Shown in pieces: positions 44,828 to 56,545 of a DNA stretch of 64,000 nucleotides. The DNA comes from Tetramitus jugosus (taxonomy: Eukaryota > Protista > Heterolobosea), in the NCBI GenBank assembly GCA_937625935.1, contig OW569353.1:548121-612120 (forward strand), in the 5' to 3' direction. The position numbers and the translations under genes are program-made. The notes under the pieces were generated by a model. The model was given only the letters and a program-made list of their open reading frames with translations. It had not been told where the DNA came from and made no database searches. Each line of letters starts with the position of its first letter. Position 1 is the stretch's first letter.

Positions 44828-45349
44828 TTATACTTGCTCCAATTCAACCAACACACCATTGCAATCCTTTGGGTGCAAAAAGATGACAGGCTTACCATGA
44901 GCTCCAATCTTGATCTCGCCCAATGTTCGAACACCCTTGCCCTTCACTTGTTCAACAGCAACATTGATATCATCGACTTCGAGACACACGTGATGAATTC
45001 CACCAGACTTGTTCTTCTCCAAAAAGTTTGCAATCGGCGATTTTTCACCCAACGGATGCAACAATTCAAATTTTGTGTTGTTCAAGTTGATAAAAACAGT
45101 GATTACACCGTGTTCTGGTTGATCAAAAGGTTCTCCTACCTGAGCACCCAACACATCTCTATAGAATTGAGATGCTTGTTCAAGATTAGGCACTGCAATC
45201 GCAACGTGATTCAATCGACCCACTTTGAGCAAGTTGGAAGGAACTGAAGCATCACTACCACTAGTTGCAAATGATCTCGTGAAGGTTTGCTTGATGATAT
45301 TTCTATTGTTGTTGACTGCTGTTGTCGTTTGTAGAATTCTGCGTAGCAT
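44828..45349 (-). CDS. MCEE: Methylmalonyl-CoA epimerase, mitochondrial
   Basis: GRLNHVAIAVP, GGIHHVCLEVDD, KIGAHGKPVIFLHPKDCNGVLVELEQ. Confidence 0.95.
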   Translation of the reverse strand: MLRRILQTTTAVNNNRNIIKQTFTRSFATSGSDASVPSNLLKVGRLNHVAIAVPNLEQASQFYRDVLGAQVGEPFDQPEHGVITVFINLNNTKFELLHPLGEKSPIANFLEKNKSGGIHHVCLEVDDINVAVEQVKGKGVRTLGEIKIGAHGKPVIFLHPKDCNGVLVELEQV

Positions 45350-45493
45350 TGTGATCAAGTTGTTTTTTGTTTTTTGCTTTTTGTGTTTGTGGTTGGATTT
45401 CTGAGCGCGGTAATTTATATTTTTGCCGCTTGTTTTTTGACGTTTGAAGCAGGCGGGTTGGAAGAAAAACCACCAGATTCCAAAGAAACAACA

Positions 45494-46063
45494 ATGACCA
45501 TTGACTATTGTTTAATTGCCGCTGGAGATCCATTGTACAGAGTAATTCAACACCCGAAACAATGCCCCAACATTGACGATTCCATATCGACCGTTGTCAA
45601 CAAAGTGGATGCCTCTACGCCTCACAAGCGCACGCTCAACAGTGACTCTCTATCGATTCATTACCAAGTGACAAACAAGGTGTTGTTTCTGTGTGTGACA
45701 TCGCGAGACACTCCCATTCGAACTGCATACCTACTGTTGGATGAATTGGCAGAACTAGTGGCCAAAAACAGAATTCTAGTCGTGGATGGCAACGGTGGAG
45801 TCACCTCGGTGGATCACTCGACAAAAAAGTTTTTAAAGGAGAGGCTAAAGTATTACAATGATCCTTCCAATGATAAATTACAAAAATTGAATGACAAGGT
45901 CAATGAGTTGAAGGATGTCATGGTGCAGAACGTGGATCAAATTGTGGAAACGCTGAGCAAGTCTGACGTTCTAGAGAATCAGAGTAAGCAATTGGATGAG
46001 TCAGGTGTTGATTTTGCTCGAGGTAGCAAATCGGTTCGGAACCGTAGTTGCATCCTGTCATAA
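45494..46063 (+). CDS. Longin-domain R-SNARE-like protein with C-terminal CaaX and no TM anchor
   Basis: FLCVT....PIRTAYLLLDEL longin; DKLQKLNDKVNELKDVMVQNVD synaptobrevin coil; ends CILS. Confidence 0.8.
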   Translation: MTIDYCLIAAGDPLYRVIQHPKQCPNIDDSISTVVNKVDASTPHKRTLNSDSLSIHYQVTNKVLFLCVTSRDTPIRTAYLLLDELAELVAKNRILVVDGNGGVTSVDHSTKKFLKERLKYYNDPSNDKLQKLNDKVNELKDVMVQNVDQIVETLSKSDVLENQSKQLDESGVDFARGSKSVRNRSCILS

Positions 46064-46231
46064 GAAAACGCTTCAATGAAATTCCTCTCGCGTGTACTTT
46101 AAAAACTCCGCCTCCCTTTTTGCCAAAACATTCCTTGACAAAAAAACGCGTGATTTGTCTCTCTGTTCTTTCGTTTTCGCGCAATCATTGCCTCATCTTT
46201 GTTGTCCTACTACTATTTAGCTCTCTGAAAA

Positions 46232-46744
46232 ATGGTCGTTAGAAACAATGTAATTCTTCTCTATGGATGCACCGTTCCAGTCTCACTACAAAAACTGGAC
46301 CAACTGATGGAACAACTACTAGAACAGCAGCAAAATTCAAATCTTGACAAGAGCAATGCAGAGAATTGGACCCGGTTGCAACAGTACATGAAAAATCGAA
46401 AGTCAACCGCTCATTGGACACTGGACGAAAGAATTGTCAATCAATTTTTAAAGTGCATGAATGTTCAATCAGATGTTTGTCTGTTCAATGATAAAAATGG
46501 ACGATTTTACATTTATCTCAAGAGAATCTATGTGCATGAATGGAATATGATTGCGTTTGATTTTGATCATGACAAGAAGGAGATGTTGCACTGTGATTTC
46601 TGTGGTGACAATTCAAAGCAATTTGATCAGAGATGTGCTGTTCCGACCAAGGAGGAACTTGGTCATGTGAAGGACGCCGTTACAAAGTTTCATGATGGTC
46701 AAATGTATAATGTGGCTTACATGTCTGTTCATTATACATCCTAA
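46232..46744 (+). CDS. Hypothetical protein (170 aa)
   Basis: ATG-initiated ORF filling the intergenic gap; no recognised domain. Confidence 0.55.
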   Translation: MVVRNNVILLYGCTVPVSLQKLDQLMEQLLEQQQNSNLDKSNAENWTRLQQYMKNRKSTAHWTLDERIVNQFLKCMNVQSDVCLFNDKNGRFYIYLKRIYVHEWNMIAFDFDHDKKEMLHCDFCGDNSKQFDQRCAVPTKEELGHVKDAVTKFHDGQMYNVAYMSVHYTS

Positions 46745-46894
46745 GTATAAGTGAGTGCCAAAGTATGATGCATTCATGTGAAGGAGAGTTTTTGAACAGT
46801 ATATAGACACATACATGAGCGAGTGTGAACACGAATAAAGTTGTCGTTGTTGTTTTTGTTGTTTAGATATGAGATTGGCAATTGCACGTTCACC

Positions 46895-48796
46895 TTAACA
46901 GACTGGTTTGAAGCCGAGGTACAACTTATCCTTAATGTCCATCACTGTCGAATAAACACCGAGGCCACCCATCAGTGCAGTTGCCAAACCAATAACGATG
47001 GCGACACTAAATACAATGAGAAAAGTAATCCTGAATCTTCTGGCAGGATATCCAATGACAATCTGACCCAACAAGCTGCTCAAGAATCCAATTATCATGA
47101 ACCAGAGACCATAATCCCATGGCAATCGTTTCAAGATGATATACTGAGCTGTTGTGATCGATGATGTGAAGAACACCATGATTGATGATGTAGCCGACGC
47201 TACACTACCATCCATTCCCATTTCTAGTAGCAAAGGACCCTTGATCATTCCACCTCCGATGCCAAGAAGTGCGGCCATAATACCAGCAACGAAGCAAAAC
47301 ATTGGATACAAGGTCACAGTTTTAAGTGTCCAAATGATGTCATCTGTGCTCTCTTGTTTCTGAGAAGAGAGCAATTGTGTCTTCTCTGAGGATAGATGAA
47401 CTACTGACTCTTCTGGATATTGTACGTCATCATTTTGCGATACATCTGTTGTGTCTTGTGCAACAACATTCACTGCGTCGTCACTCTTCTTTCTTATCTT
47501 GTTTCTATCTCTGTAAACCAAAAACGACCCAATAATGGTACAAATTGTGATGAATATAGGGAATTGAAGGCCAAACAATGTCCAGTACACAGGTGAACAA
47601 GGTTTCACACCGGCAACTGAGTCTGCACCATGACCACCTCTCAACAAACTCATTGTAATGATGATGCACCAGCAAAAGATCAGAATACCAATCTTTGATG
47701 ACAGAGATAACCAAGATTTCCATCTGGGAGTCTTCTGGGCTACCTGTGTAATACTACTAGCGGTACTGTTGACTGAGGAAGAAGCAGCCTTTTGACTCTT
47801 CTGCTTCAATTCCTTTCTCATGGTTGAAAAACCCTTTTGGAATGTTCTCACTGTTGTGAATCCCAGAATGAGAAACAACAATGACACAGTAAGCCACTCA
47901 GGGAACGTAATGTTACAAATCACACCAACAGTCGTACCAATCAGAGTAAACGGTTCAAACACGAGTGCGGCATCATAATTGATCAATGGCTTCGATGGAT
48001 CTTCCGGATGAGTTTGGAATGTCATTACTATAACATTCAACAATGCTCCACCAAAAATCATTGCCTTTGACAATGGAATAGCAACCGTAGGAGGGAATTG
48101 ACCCAAGAGCTGCAACAATGGAACGAACAATCCACCACCTCCAATACCTCCTGCTCCACTCAGCACACCACCTACGAAATTTGTAGACGTAGCCAAAATG
48201 TCCCACACTGAGAAACCGTCCTTGAACAAATTCTTGTGTTGACAAATGCGCGGCTCCACTTCAACACCACTGAGACGACTGCTACTGCCACCATCATCCA
48301 AGTTGTTAATATAATAATTGATCGAAGAAGAATGACCCGATGAATAAGAAGACAACAACAGATCAGCATCATCCATATCAACTGCAACAGTCTTATTCTT
48401 GGGAGGTGTTGGTTGTTGCACTGGCTTACACCTGAACGAATCATGAATCTCATGTTCACATTGCGTATTGTTAGAGCAGAATGAACATGTGAGAGTCACA
48501 CGCGAGCAAATCAATTCCTCGCCACAATAACGAATCGTATTGTTGAGTGCACAGGGTTGACCGAGATTGTCTTGCCATGTACCACCATTGCTCTTGCCTG
48601 ATCTCTTATTGAAAATGGTAAAGGGTGCCAAGAGGAAATTAGACAGAGAAAAGGAAGGTTTCTCTGTTGGTGTCTCCACATCCAATGACGTTGTAGTACT
48701 CACCATACTACAGGAGAAACATAAAAGTACAACCAAGAGGATGACGAGGGACAAGGATTTTGAAAGAACGAACCTATTTGCTGTCATGATTGTCAA
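46895..48796 (-). CDS. TauE/SafE sulfite-exporter family membrane protein with Cys-rich N-terminal ectodomain
   Basis: GIGGGGLFVP, AIPLSKAMIFG, PLINYD, LLGIGGGMIKGPLLLEMG, SATSS. Confidence 0.9.
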   Translation of the reverse strand: MTIMTANRFVLSKSLSLVILLVVLLCFSCSMVSTTTSLDVETPTEKPSFSLSNFLLAPFTIFNKRSGKSNGGTWQDNLGQPCALNNTIRYCGEELICSRVTLTCSFCSNNTQCEHEIHDSFRCKPVQQPTPPKNKTVAVDMDDADLLLSSYSSGHSSSINYYINNLDDGGSSSRLSGVEVEPRICQHKNLFKDGFSVWDILATSTNFVGGVLSGAGGIGGGGLFVPLLQLLGQFPPTVAIPLSKAMIFGGALLNVIVMTFQTHPEDPSKPLINYDAALVFEPFTLIGTTVGVICNITFPEWLTVSLLFLILGFTTVRTFQKGFSTMRKELKQKSQKAASSSVNSTASSITQVAQKTPRWKSWLSLSSKIGILIFCWCIIITMSLLRGGHGADSVAGVKPCSPVYWTLFGLQFPIFITICTIIGSFLVYRDRNKIRKKSDDAVNVVAQDTTDVSQNDDVQYPEESVVHLSSEKTQLLSSQKQESTDDIIWTLKTVTLYPMFCFVAGIMAALLGIGGGMIKGPLLLEMGMDGSVASATSSIMVFFTSSITTAQYIILKRLPWDYGLWFMIIGFLSSLLGQIVIGYPARRFRITFLIVFSVAIVIGLATALMGGLGVYSTVMDIKDKLYLGFKPVC

Positions 48797-49151
48797 GGCA
48801 GTGTGGTTGTTGTTGGGTTAGTTCTACCTAGTAGATTGTGTCGCTTTGTTCCGTCTGGGAATTTAATTTCGCGGGAACGAGTTTTGTCAAACTGGTCTTC
48901 CATTTCATAATTTCGCGATTGTATCTTCCGCTCGGACACTTGAAGTTTACAGTGTTATCATTGTGAAGAGGAAGAAGTGCAACACCTACCTCACAAATTG
49001 GTACAACAGATAAGCAGGTATCACCAACATAAACACTTCATAACCTCATCATCGCCGTACCAAAGCGGAATATTATTTCTCCGATTTGGACACTTTTTAT
49101 CACACACAAAAAACCGCTCTTCTTCCCTCTCTGGCAAAGCAAAACAACAAA

Positions 49152-50057
49152 ATGTCATCTACTACAACTGTACTTTTACTCTGCTCAGCTTTGGTGTTGC
49201 TCGTCTGCAGCTTCACTCAAGCAAGTAAACTCAACAAACAAGGTGGTTGTGTCGTCAGAAAATATTCTGGTGAGAATAGACCTCAATTGATCACGACTCC
49301 TCAACCACATCACAACATTCCTCTTGCTGACCTACCAGAGCAATGGGACTGGAGAAACGTTTCCGGTAAGAACTACTTGTCACCTACTAGAAACCAACAC
49401 ATTCCTCAATATTGTGGCAGTTGCTGGGCACATGGTTCCACCAGTGCTTTGGCAGACAGAATCAACATTCAAAAGAAGGGAGTCTGGCCAAATGTCATGC
49501 TCTCTGTTCAACACGTTATTGATTGTGGTGATGCTGGCAGTTGCTACGGTGGTGATGATATCCCAGTCTACGAATACGCAAATCAATATGGTATTCCAGA
49601 TGAGACATGTAACAATTATCAAGCAAAGAATCAAGAGTGCAATGAGTTCAATGCATGTGGAACTTGCACTTCTTTCAGTAACTCTACCTGTAAGCCTATT
49701 ACAAACTATAAGCGATGGAAGGTTTCACAATACGGTAGCATCAGTGGAGAACATGAAATGAAGGCTGAGATTTATGCTCGTGGACCAATCAGTTGTGGAA
49801 TTCACGCTGATGACAAGTTGGAAGCATACACTGGAGGTGTTTTCGAAGAGTTTGTCGCTTTCCCAATGATCAATCACATTATTTCTGTTGTCGGATGGGG
49901 CAAGGAACAATCTTCTGGAAAGAACTATTGGATTGTTAGAAACTCATGGGGTGAGCCATACGGAGAACAAGGTTTCTTCCGTATTGTCACTGGAAGCAGA
50001 TTCTACAATTTGGCTATCGAGACTGAATGCGCTTTTGCTGTTCCTATCGTCGACTAA
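49152..50057 (+). CDS. CTSZ: Cathepsin Z/X (papain family C1A)
   Basis: [15 protein letters not shown] (HIP mini-loop), [18 protein letters not shown]; signal peptide. Confidence 0.94.
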   Translation: MSSTTTVLLLCSALVLLVCSFTQASKLNKQGGCVVRKYSGENRPQLITTPQPHHNIPLADLPEQWDWRNVSGKNYLSPTRNQHIPQYCGSCWAHGSTSALADRINIQKKGVWPNVMLSVQHVIDCGDAGSCYGGDDIPVYEYANQYGIPDETCNNYQAKNQECNEFNACGTCTSFSNSTCKPITNYKRWKVSQYGSISGEHEMKAEIYARGPISCGIHADDKLEAYTGGVFEEFVAFPMINHIISVVGWGKEQSSGKNYWIVRNSWGEPYGEQGFFRIVTGSRFYNLAIETECAFAVPIVD

Positions 50058-50142
50058 GAATTGTAAACAATAATAGTATTCACACTTTTCTTCGGTTGAG
50101 TGTTCGTCATGTTATTTGCTGTTTTTTTATTTTACTAAAGCT

Positions 50143-51303
50143 TTAGTCGTGGAAAATACCGATGGCACCTTCGTCCATTGCCTCTCTCAGTTTGGCAAGT
50201 CGTGCTTGATACTCCAAGTTACCCTTTTCTTTCATGTATGCGTTTTCTGCATCCTGGAGTGCCTCTGCATACTGTCTCTTGTGCAATAATACAATTGATC
50301 TGTAGTGATAAGCCATGGCGTTGTTTGGATTCAAGTCGATAATCATGTTGTAATCCTTGAGAGCAGCGTCATATTGACCCAGTTTCGTATGTGCCATTCC
50401 TCGGTTCACAAGTGACTCAATGTCCTTTGAATCCAATTGTAGTGCCCGAGTAAAATCAGCCACTGCTCTCTTATAGTTCTCCCTAGATAAATGGCACATT
50501 CCTCGAGAGAAAAATGCGATAGATTCATTGCATCCGTTGAATATTGCGTTTGTAAAGTCCAACATGGCCCGATCAAAGTCCCGAATCTGTATGTGAGCCA
50601 ATCCTCTGTTGAACCAGCCTGATGGATCATTGCCATTGATTTCAATTGCCCGTGAGAAGCATTGAATGGCGCCTTCGACCTTCCTACTGCAAATCAATTC
50701 GACACCACGGTTCATGTGATCATTGTATGAGACGAGTCGAGTCGTTGTTGTTGTTCTATTATTATTACTGTTGTTACTGTTGCTGTTGTTGCAAGAGCCA
50801 TTCATTGGATCATCATCTTGATCATTGGGCTCCAACAGGAAGGAAACCGTCTTTGTTTCTTGACTCTTCGTTTGTAGTTCCATGCCATTGCCCAGTGGTT
50901 GTTGCTGGTGATGTTGAGATGGTTTTCTTGGTGGAGGTGCAACATAATCATCACCCAACAATTTTCTATTCAACTCCTCTATTGTCATCCTATTCTTATT
51001 GACGGTGCGAGTTGGCGTCATTGATCCACTACCACCCACACCATTGAATGGTGAACTGGTGGAAGAAACTTTTTGAGGGAGAGGTGTCAGTAGCACGGCT
51101 CTAGCGAGAGGAGCATCTCCACTTTGTCCATCCGATGATTTTGGAATGTGGACACTCAGGTCGGGTTTTGGCCTCTTGCGCAAATTGAGAGAGGAAGCCG
51201 ATGTTTTGAGGCCTCCTGCTCTGCCCCTTGAGAGTTCAGATGTCGTCATTGACGATAGCGTAGGAGTCGATGCTGACTTGTACATGGCCCAATCTCGTTT
51301 CAT
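50143..51303 (-). CDS. TPR-repeat protein with disordered N-terminus
   Basis: About five TPR units (GWFNRGLAH, AFFSRGMCH, SLVNRGMAH, AYHYRSIV). Confidence 0.85.
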   Translation of the reverse strand: MKRDWAMYKSASTPTLSSMTTSELSRGRAGGLKTSASSLNLRKRPKPDLSVHIPKSSDGQSGDAPLARAVLLTPLPQKVSSTSSPFNGVGGSGSMTPTRTVNKNRMTIEELNRKLLGDDYVAPPPRKPSQHHQQQPLGNGMELQTKSQETKTVSFLLEPNDQDDDPMNGSCNNSNSNNSNNNRTTTTTRLVSYNDHMNRGVELICSRKVEGAIQCFSRAIEINGNDPSGWFNRGLAHIQIRDFDRAMLDFTNAIFNGCNESIAFFSRGMCHLSRENYKRAVADFTRALQLDSKDIESLVNRGMAHTKLGQYDAALKDYNMIIDLNPNNAMAYHYRSIVLLHKRQYAEALQDAENAYMKEKGNLEYQARLAKLREAMDEGAIGIFHD

Positions 51304-51867
51304 ACAAAAAAAAATTGAATAATATTGTGCGTTTGTGTGCGCAGCTTGTCACGATTCGGTTCTTGTAGTTGTTGTTTTGTTTTTTTGGAGTCGTTGTTTG
51401 GATGGAATTTTTGTGATACGGGCATCATTGGATTTTGATTGGATCCAGTTCTGTGACTCCGCGAAGCGAATGCGGGGTATGCTCTCAAAGGACTTGTTTT
51501 ATTCCGCTGCTGGTTGGTAAAAAAACCCGAAAGAAAAAGGAATGATATCCTCATGATGTTCGCTTAACGACCATTTGACGAAGGTTTTATGACTCGATTC
51601 TTTTCATTTAGTTCAGTTTTTGGGTCATTATTGGGAGGGCAAGTGGGATCGAAGCATACACAGACAATGTCGCCCATTGAGAAAGGCAAACAGTTGGTCA
51701 GCAAGGTGGTACAGCTTGGTCACTTGCGAGAGCACGGGTCTCAACACTCGCTTCAGCTGCTTTTGCTTCAAACAATGACAAACAGTGGAGCAATAAAGAC
51801 TTGGGGTCCATTGTCAACGAGAGCAGGTCGCTTGCAACGCTTCCATTATTTTTTTTCAGCTGTAAAG

Positions 51868-54602
51868 ATGAATCAAACGGGGTTGGGTTTCTGTCTAGTC
51901 CCTTGTTCATCATTTTATTATTGCTGTTGTTTCATGTCGTCAATCATGTACGTGCAGAAGTTGAACGAAAAAGAATTGCATCCTCTGTTGTTTACTCGTG
52001 GGATAAACGGGTTGCGACATCTGGAATCACCCTCCTGAAGCAACGCCTACCGATTGGGTCAGTTCATTTTTTCACAAGGTCAATATCACATTGATCTCTG
52101 CAGGACAATCTCACTCTGTTGCAGTTGGCCGACAGGAAGATGAACATGGGGAAGTAATTTATGCATGGGGAAGTTTACAGGGTAATATTGTTACTCAGAT
52201 TGCTGTTGGATATTTGTACACAGTCATGTTAACGAATGATTCAAAGATTTATAGCTGGGGTTCAAATAGGTTTGGCCAATTGGGTAGCGGTTCTTATCAA
52301 GATGAACTGGTACCAGTTGCAGTTAAAATGAGTGGTGAGTTATCTGAAAAAACTGCGGTGCAAATTGCAGCTGGAGGATATCACACGGGACGAGGAATTC
52401 AAAAATTTTTCCCGTGATGGTTGACAAAAGTGGAAATTTGAATGAAAAGATCAATACACAAGTCACGTTAGGTTCCCTCTTTGTATTAGCAAGGTCTGAG
52501 GATGGAATGCTGTATTCATGGGGATCGAATACATACGGACAGATTGGTGATGGTTCATATCAAACGAGACGTCAACCTGTGGCTGTTTTCATGGATGGTG
52601 TGTTGAGCGGTAAGACAATTACAACAGGTTCTGCAGGAAGGTTTCATGTTGTCGCTCTTGCAAATGATACCATGATGTACGCTTGGGGATTAAATATTGG
52701 GGGTAGATTGGGAGATGGATCGGCGATAAATCGTAAGAAGCCTGTTTCAGTTGTCATGAAGGGAGATTTGAAGAGAAAGAGAGTAGTACAAATTGCAACA
52801 GGTGATGTTCACACAGTCGCATTGACGAGTGATGGGACACTCTTTTCTTGGGGCTTCAACAGGTGTGGTATGAATGGGAATGAAACCCTAAGACCTGATG
52901 CTGTGAGCATGGGTGGAACATTGAAAGACAAAAATATTACATTTATTACGGCAGGAGAATATCACACAACGATTTTAACAAGAGATGGTCATATTTATTC
53001 TTGGGGTTTGACAGATTATGGTGCTCCTTTCTCCGTTGACGATGTACCTGTCCGAGTGAGTATGAATGGGTTGTTAAACGAAGAGACCGTATCTCAATTT
53101 ATCGTGAATGATTTTGATATGCTTGCTTTGACCAATGGTGGAAAGTTAGGTTATTGGAATATGCAGAGTAACTATTCCACGTGGGTCAACATGAAAAATG
53201 TTGATTCTGAACAAACCTTAACTAGCTTTTTCATTGGTGCAAATACAATGGGATTCCTTGGAGTCATATGTGAGCAAGGGTATTTTGGTAAAGAGTGTAA
53301 TCTTTTCAACTGCTATGACATAGAACGCGAGGATGAAACAAGGGTCTGCTCTGGAAATGGAGTGTGTGTTGATTTCAATAAGTGTGAATGCAATGAAGGA
53401 TTCACCGGACTGAATTGTTCCTATCCTATTTGTCATGGATACTCAAGCGTAGACACAAAAGTTTGTTCATCACATGGAACCTGTCGAAGTCCCAATAAGT
53501 GTTTTTGTGAACATGGATATCATGGTGACACATGCGCCTCTAATCTGAAACTCCTATGGATATTAGTGATCTTTGGAGTGCTTTTGGGTGTGTCTCTTGT
53601 TGTTTCCACTATTGTGATTGGAGTATTGATCAGAAGAAGAAGAAGAGATGAAAGAGTGAAATCAGAATTGCGTGCATGTTTATTGGAGTAGATGAGCGAT
53701 TATGAAGTTACTTCATTTGAAAGAGGAAATATTTTCATTGATATGAGAGATATTAAATTGATCAGTTGTATCTCGGAAGGAGCATTTGGTGTTGTATTCA
53801 AAGGAGAGTGAAAAAGTAACGCCGTGGCTGTGAAAAAGATGAAAGTATCGGATGATGAATCTTTTGTCAAAGAAGTTTCAATTCTTCAGAGGTTGCGTCA
53901 TCCAAACATTCTCTACTTATATGGATATTCTTCTAATGATAATGGAGACATATTTTTGATAACGGAATTCGCTGTGAATGGGAGTTTGGACAAAGTGTTT
54001 CATTCAAGCAATGTCACTCTCAAACCTTTTGATCAGAAGATGAATATCTTATGTCAGATTGCAGATACAATGGCTTATTTGCATGAAGTCCTCGAATTGT
54101 TCACAGAGACTTGAAGCCACAGAATATTTTGTTGGATGAGAATTATCATGTCAGAATATGTGACTTTGGTTTGAGTAAGAGCACCGATACTTCTTTTACA
54201 ATCGGGAGATCCTATGGAACAATTGAGTACTGTGCTCCAGAACTTTTGGCACATGATGAAACGTGTGACACTTACAGTTTTGGAATTATTATGCATGAAA
54301 TTTTTATCTTGGATACTCCCTATTCCCAGCATTCATACTCATCAGTATTTACGCTTGGATTGGATATTGTGAGAGGATTGAGACCACATATACCATCCAA
54401 TGACTCTCAAGCGCTTTTGGACTTCTTCTCAAAGAGTAACACAACGAACATGCCTTCGTCCGACATTCCTTGCGTTGTGCAAGATTTTTACTCCATTGCC
54501 ACACGGTGCTGGAGTGAAGATGCAACCAAGCGTCCATCATTTGAAGAAATAACAACAGAATTGGACAAAATAAAGAGGAGGAGCGAAAACAATAAAAGGT
54601 GA
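51868..54602 (+). pseudogene. Disrupted receptor-type kinase: signal peptide + RCC1 repeats + EGF-like repeats + TM + TKL-type kinase
   Basis: Split over several ORFs. In-frame TAG (53689) and TGA (about 53809, at the W of FKGEW..VAVK), a frameshift just before HRDLKPQN, and frameshifts near 52090 and 52415. Confidence 0.85.
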
Positions 54603-54624
54603 CAAAATTTCAAGAATATCCCAA

Positions 54625-54970
54625 TCGGGAGGTTGGGGTTTATGTCATAAGTCGAGACCCAACCCGAAGAAATTTTTCAGTACAACTTTTAATCATCTCA
54701 ACGAGCTCTACAGGATTAAAACTCGAAGAGAAGATCGCTTCCTACTGTAATTAACAGATTTTCTCTGCAACAGGATTAAAACTGCAACAGACTTTTATGA
54801 AAGATTTTTTCAGATTAACATTGGACTGTATGTTAAGAGAACTGTTCTTTTTTCAAATTTTAGACTAGAATTTTAGACCTCTTATATTCATTTGAAGCAT
54901 TAAGTCTGTTATTTCTGTCATTTTTTGTTGTTTTTTGGCAGATTGAGTTGCATTTCAGTTCAATGGATTT
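54625..54970. repeat. Subtelomeric unit, partial copy 1
   Basis: Diverged direct repeat of 55488-55860 (TATGTCATAAGTC.AGACCCAACCC, TTTTTCAGTACAACTTTTA, CAGGATTAAAACTGCAACAGAC); starts at a degenerate telomere tract. Confidence 0.85.
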
Positions 54971-55487
54971 GTGTGTATTTTGCTTTTATAAACGTTAGGG
55001 TTCGATCCCTTGATCAAATTGTATTTAAAACTTGTGCTTAAAATAATCCAGAAGTGTGGGAGGTTTTTTCTGGTGGAGCTTAAAAGCTCCACCCAACCGA
55101 TCGTGATGAGTTCGAATCCTCAAGCGGGTAAATCCGTATAAACTAAATCCGTAGAAGAAAGGAGGTGGCAAAGGAAGGCAAGGATCTCTTCCAATTGGTG
55201 AAAGGAAGAGAAGCTCAAGGCACCGACTGGTGAAAGGCTGACGAACTCCTACTCAAGCTCACAAGCCTACAACAACAAGATGACAGTTTCTCAAATGGCA
55301 TCCATCTTGGCAGCACTTCTTGCCAGAAATGGTGCTTTTACCTCATTCTGTATTCATCACTGTTTGATGAAACAATCAGAAACAAAATTTCGGGTGGGTT
55401 TGGGTTTGGGACTTTATATTCGTTTCTGAACCGACAAAATATTGCCTTTTATGGAAGGGGAGTGTCTAAATATGGTTTTGGGAGGTT

Positions 55488-56522
55488 TTTGAGTTTGGGT
55501 TTGGGATTTATGTCATAAGTCCAGACCCAACCCAAAGGACTTTTTCAGTACAACTTTTACTCATCTCAACGAGCTCTAACAGGATTTAACAGGATTAAAA
55601 CTCTATCGTCTCGAAGAGACGATCGCTCCCTGCTTTAATTAACAGATTTTAACTGCAACAGGATTAAAACTGCAACAGACTTTAACGACAGATTTTTTCA
55701 TCAAACCATGAGATTAGCACTGGACTGTATGATAAGAGAACAGTTTTTTTTCAGGTTTTAGACTGAAATTTTAGACCTCTTGTATTCATTTAAAGCATTA
55801 AATACGTTATTTCATGTTGTTTTTTCGGCTGATTGAATTGCATTTCAGTACTATGACTTTTGATTCACTTGAAATTCTCTTGACCTGAAGATTTTAACCA
55901 GTTTTAGAGATAATTTGGATACGATGGAGATATTTCGTTGTAGAATGAGATGTTTTCGGTAGAATAGGCTGATGAACGAGAGATTTCATTCTTGAAAGGA
56001 ATATTTTGACATATTGGACAGGCAGAATGAGATTTAAACTTGTCAGTGCATAAGATGAGTGCGGAGTTGCAAGTTCAGATCCAATCTTCATAAAACAAGA
56101 GTAACTCTTGCTTGCTGATAAGAATTCATACCTATGAACGTAAATGACTGTGAAATGTTGCAGAAAACACTATTTTGGAGTGAGATTGGCTCTTGAGAGA
56201 ATATATTTCTATTGTTCTGATTTCCTTGAGTGCAGAGTTGAATACCCAGACCCAACCCATCATAACTGAAGAGAAATAGAAATGACTACTCATTAAAGAT
56301 ATATTGACTCACTAAATTGCCTCCAATCCTTCCAGATTTTGAGCATTGAATGACAGAATTTCTGTTTTCGACAAAGAGTAGGGAGTGAATGTCAAAAGAT
56401 GGATATAGAAATGAACTGAGAGATTTTAGCTTCCATTAATCATGTTTGATCAGATTTTAGATGATAGATCGTTTCTATTTTGAATTTGGATGAAATTTTT
56501 GATTTTTGAGAAAGAAGTTGAC
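55488..56522. repeat. Subtelomeric ~1-kb unit, copy 2
   Basis: Its last ~300 bp are clearly similar to 62920-63210, with weaker collinear similarity upstream; flanked by GGGTTT tracts. Confidence 0.8.
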
Positions 56523-56541
56523 TTGGGTTTGGGTTTGGGTT
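56523..56541 (+). repeat. Short internal telomeric tract (former chromosome end / retroelement 3' junction)
   Basis: TTGGGTTTGGGTTTGGGTT preceded by the same telomere-adjacent sequence as the true telomere at 63211. Confidence 0.85.
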
Positions 56542-56545
56542 CAAA

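Noticed and set aside
53689-53811. Stop-codon reassignment or readthrough in the kinase gene
   Set aside because: The same locus also has frameshifts, and TAA, TAG and TGA all terminate conserved genes elsewhere in the window; pseudogenisation is simpler
54997-55125. tRNA/SINE-like B-box hairpins (AGGGTTCGATCCCT; GAGTTCGAATCC) and a GGTGGAGCT/AGCTCCACC hairpin
   Set aside because: No full cloverleaf or acceptor stem could be built; at most a degenerate relic
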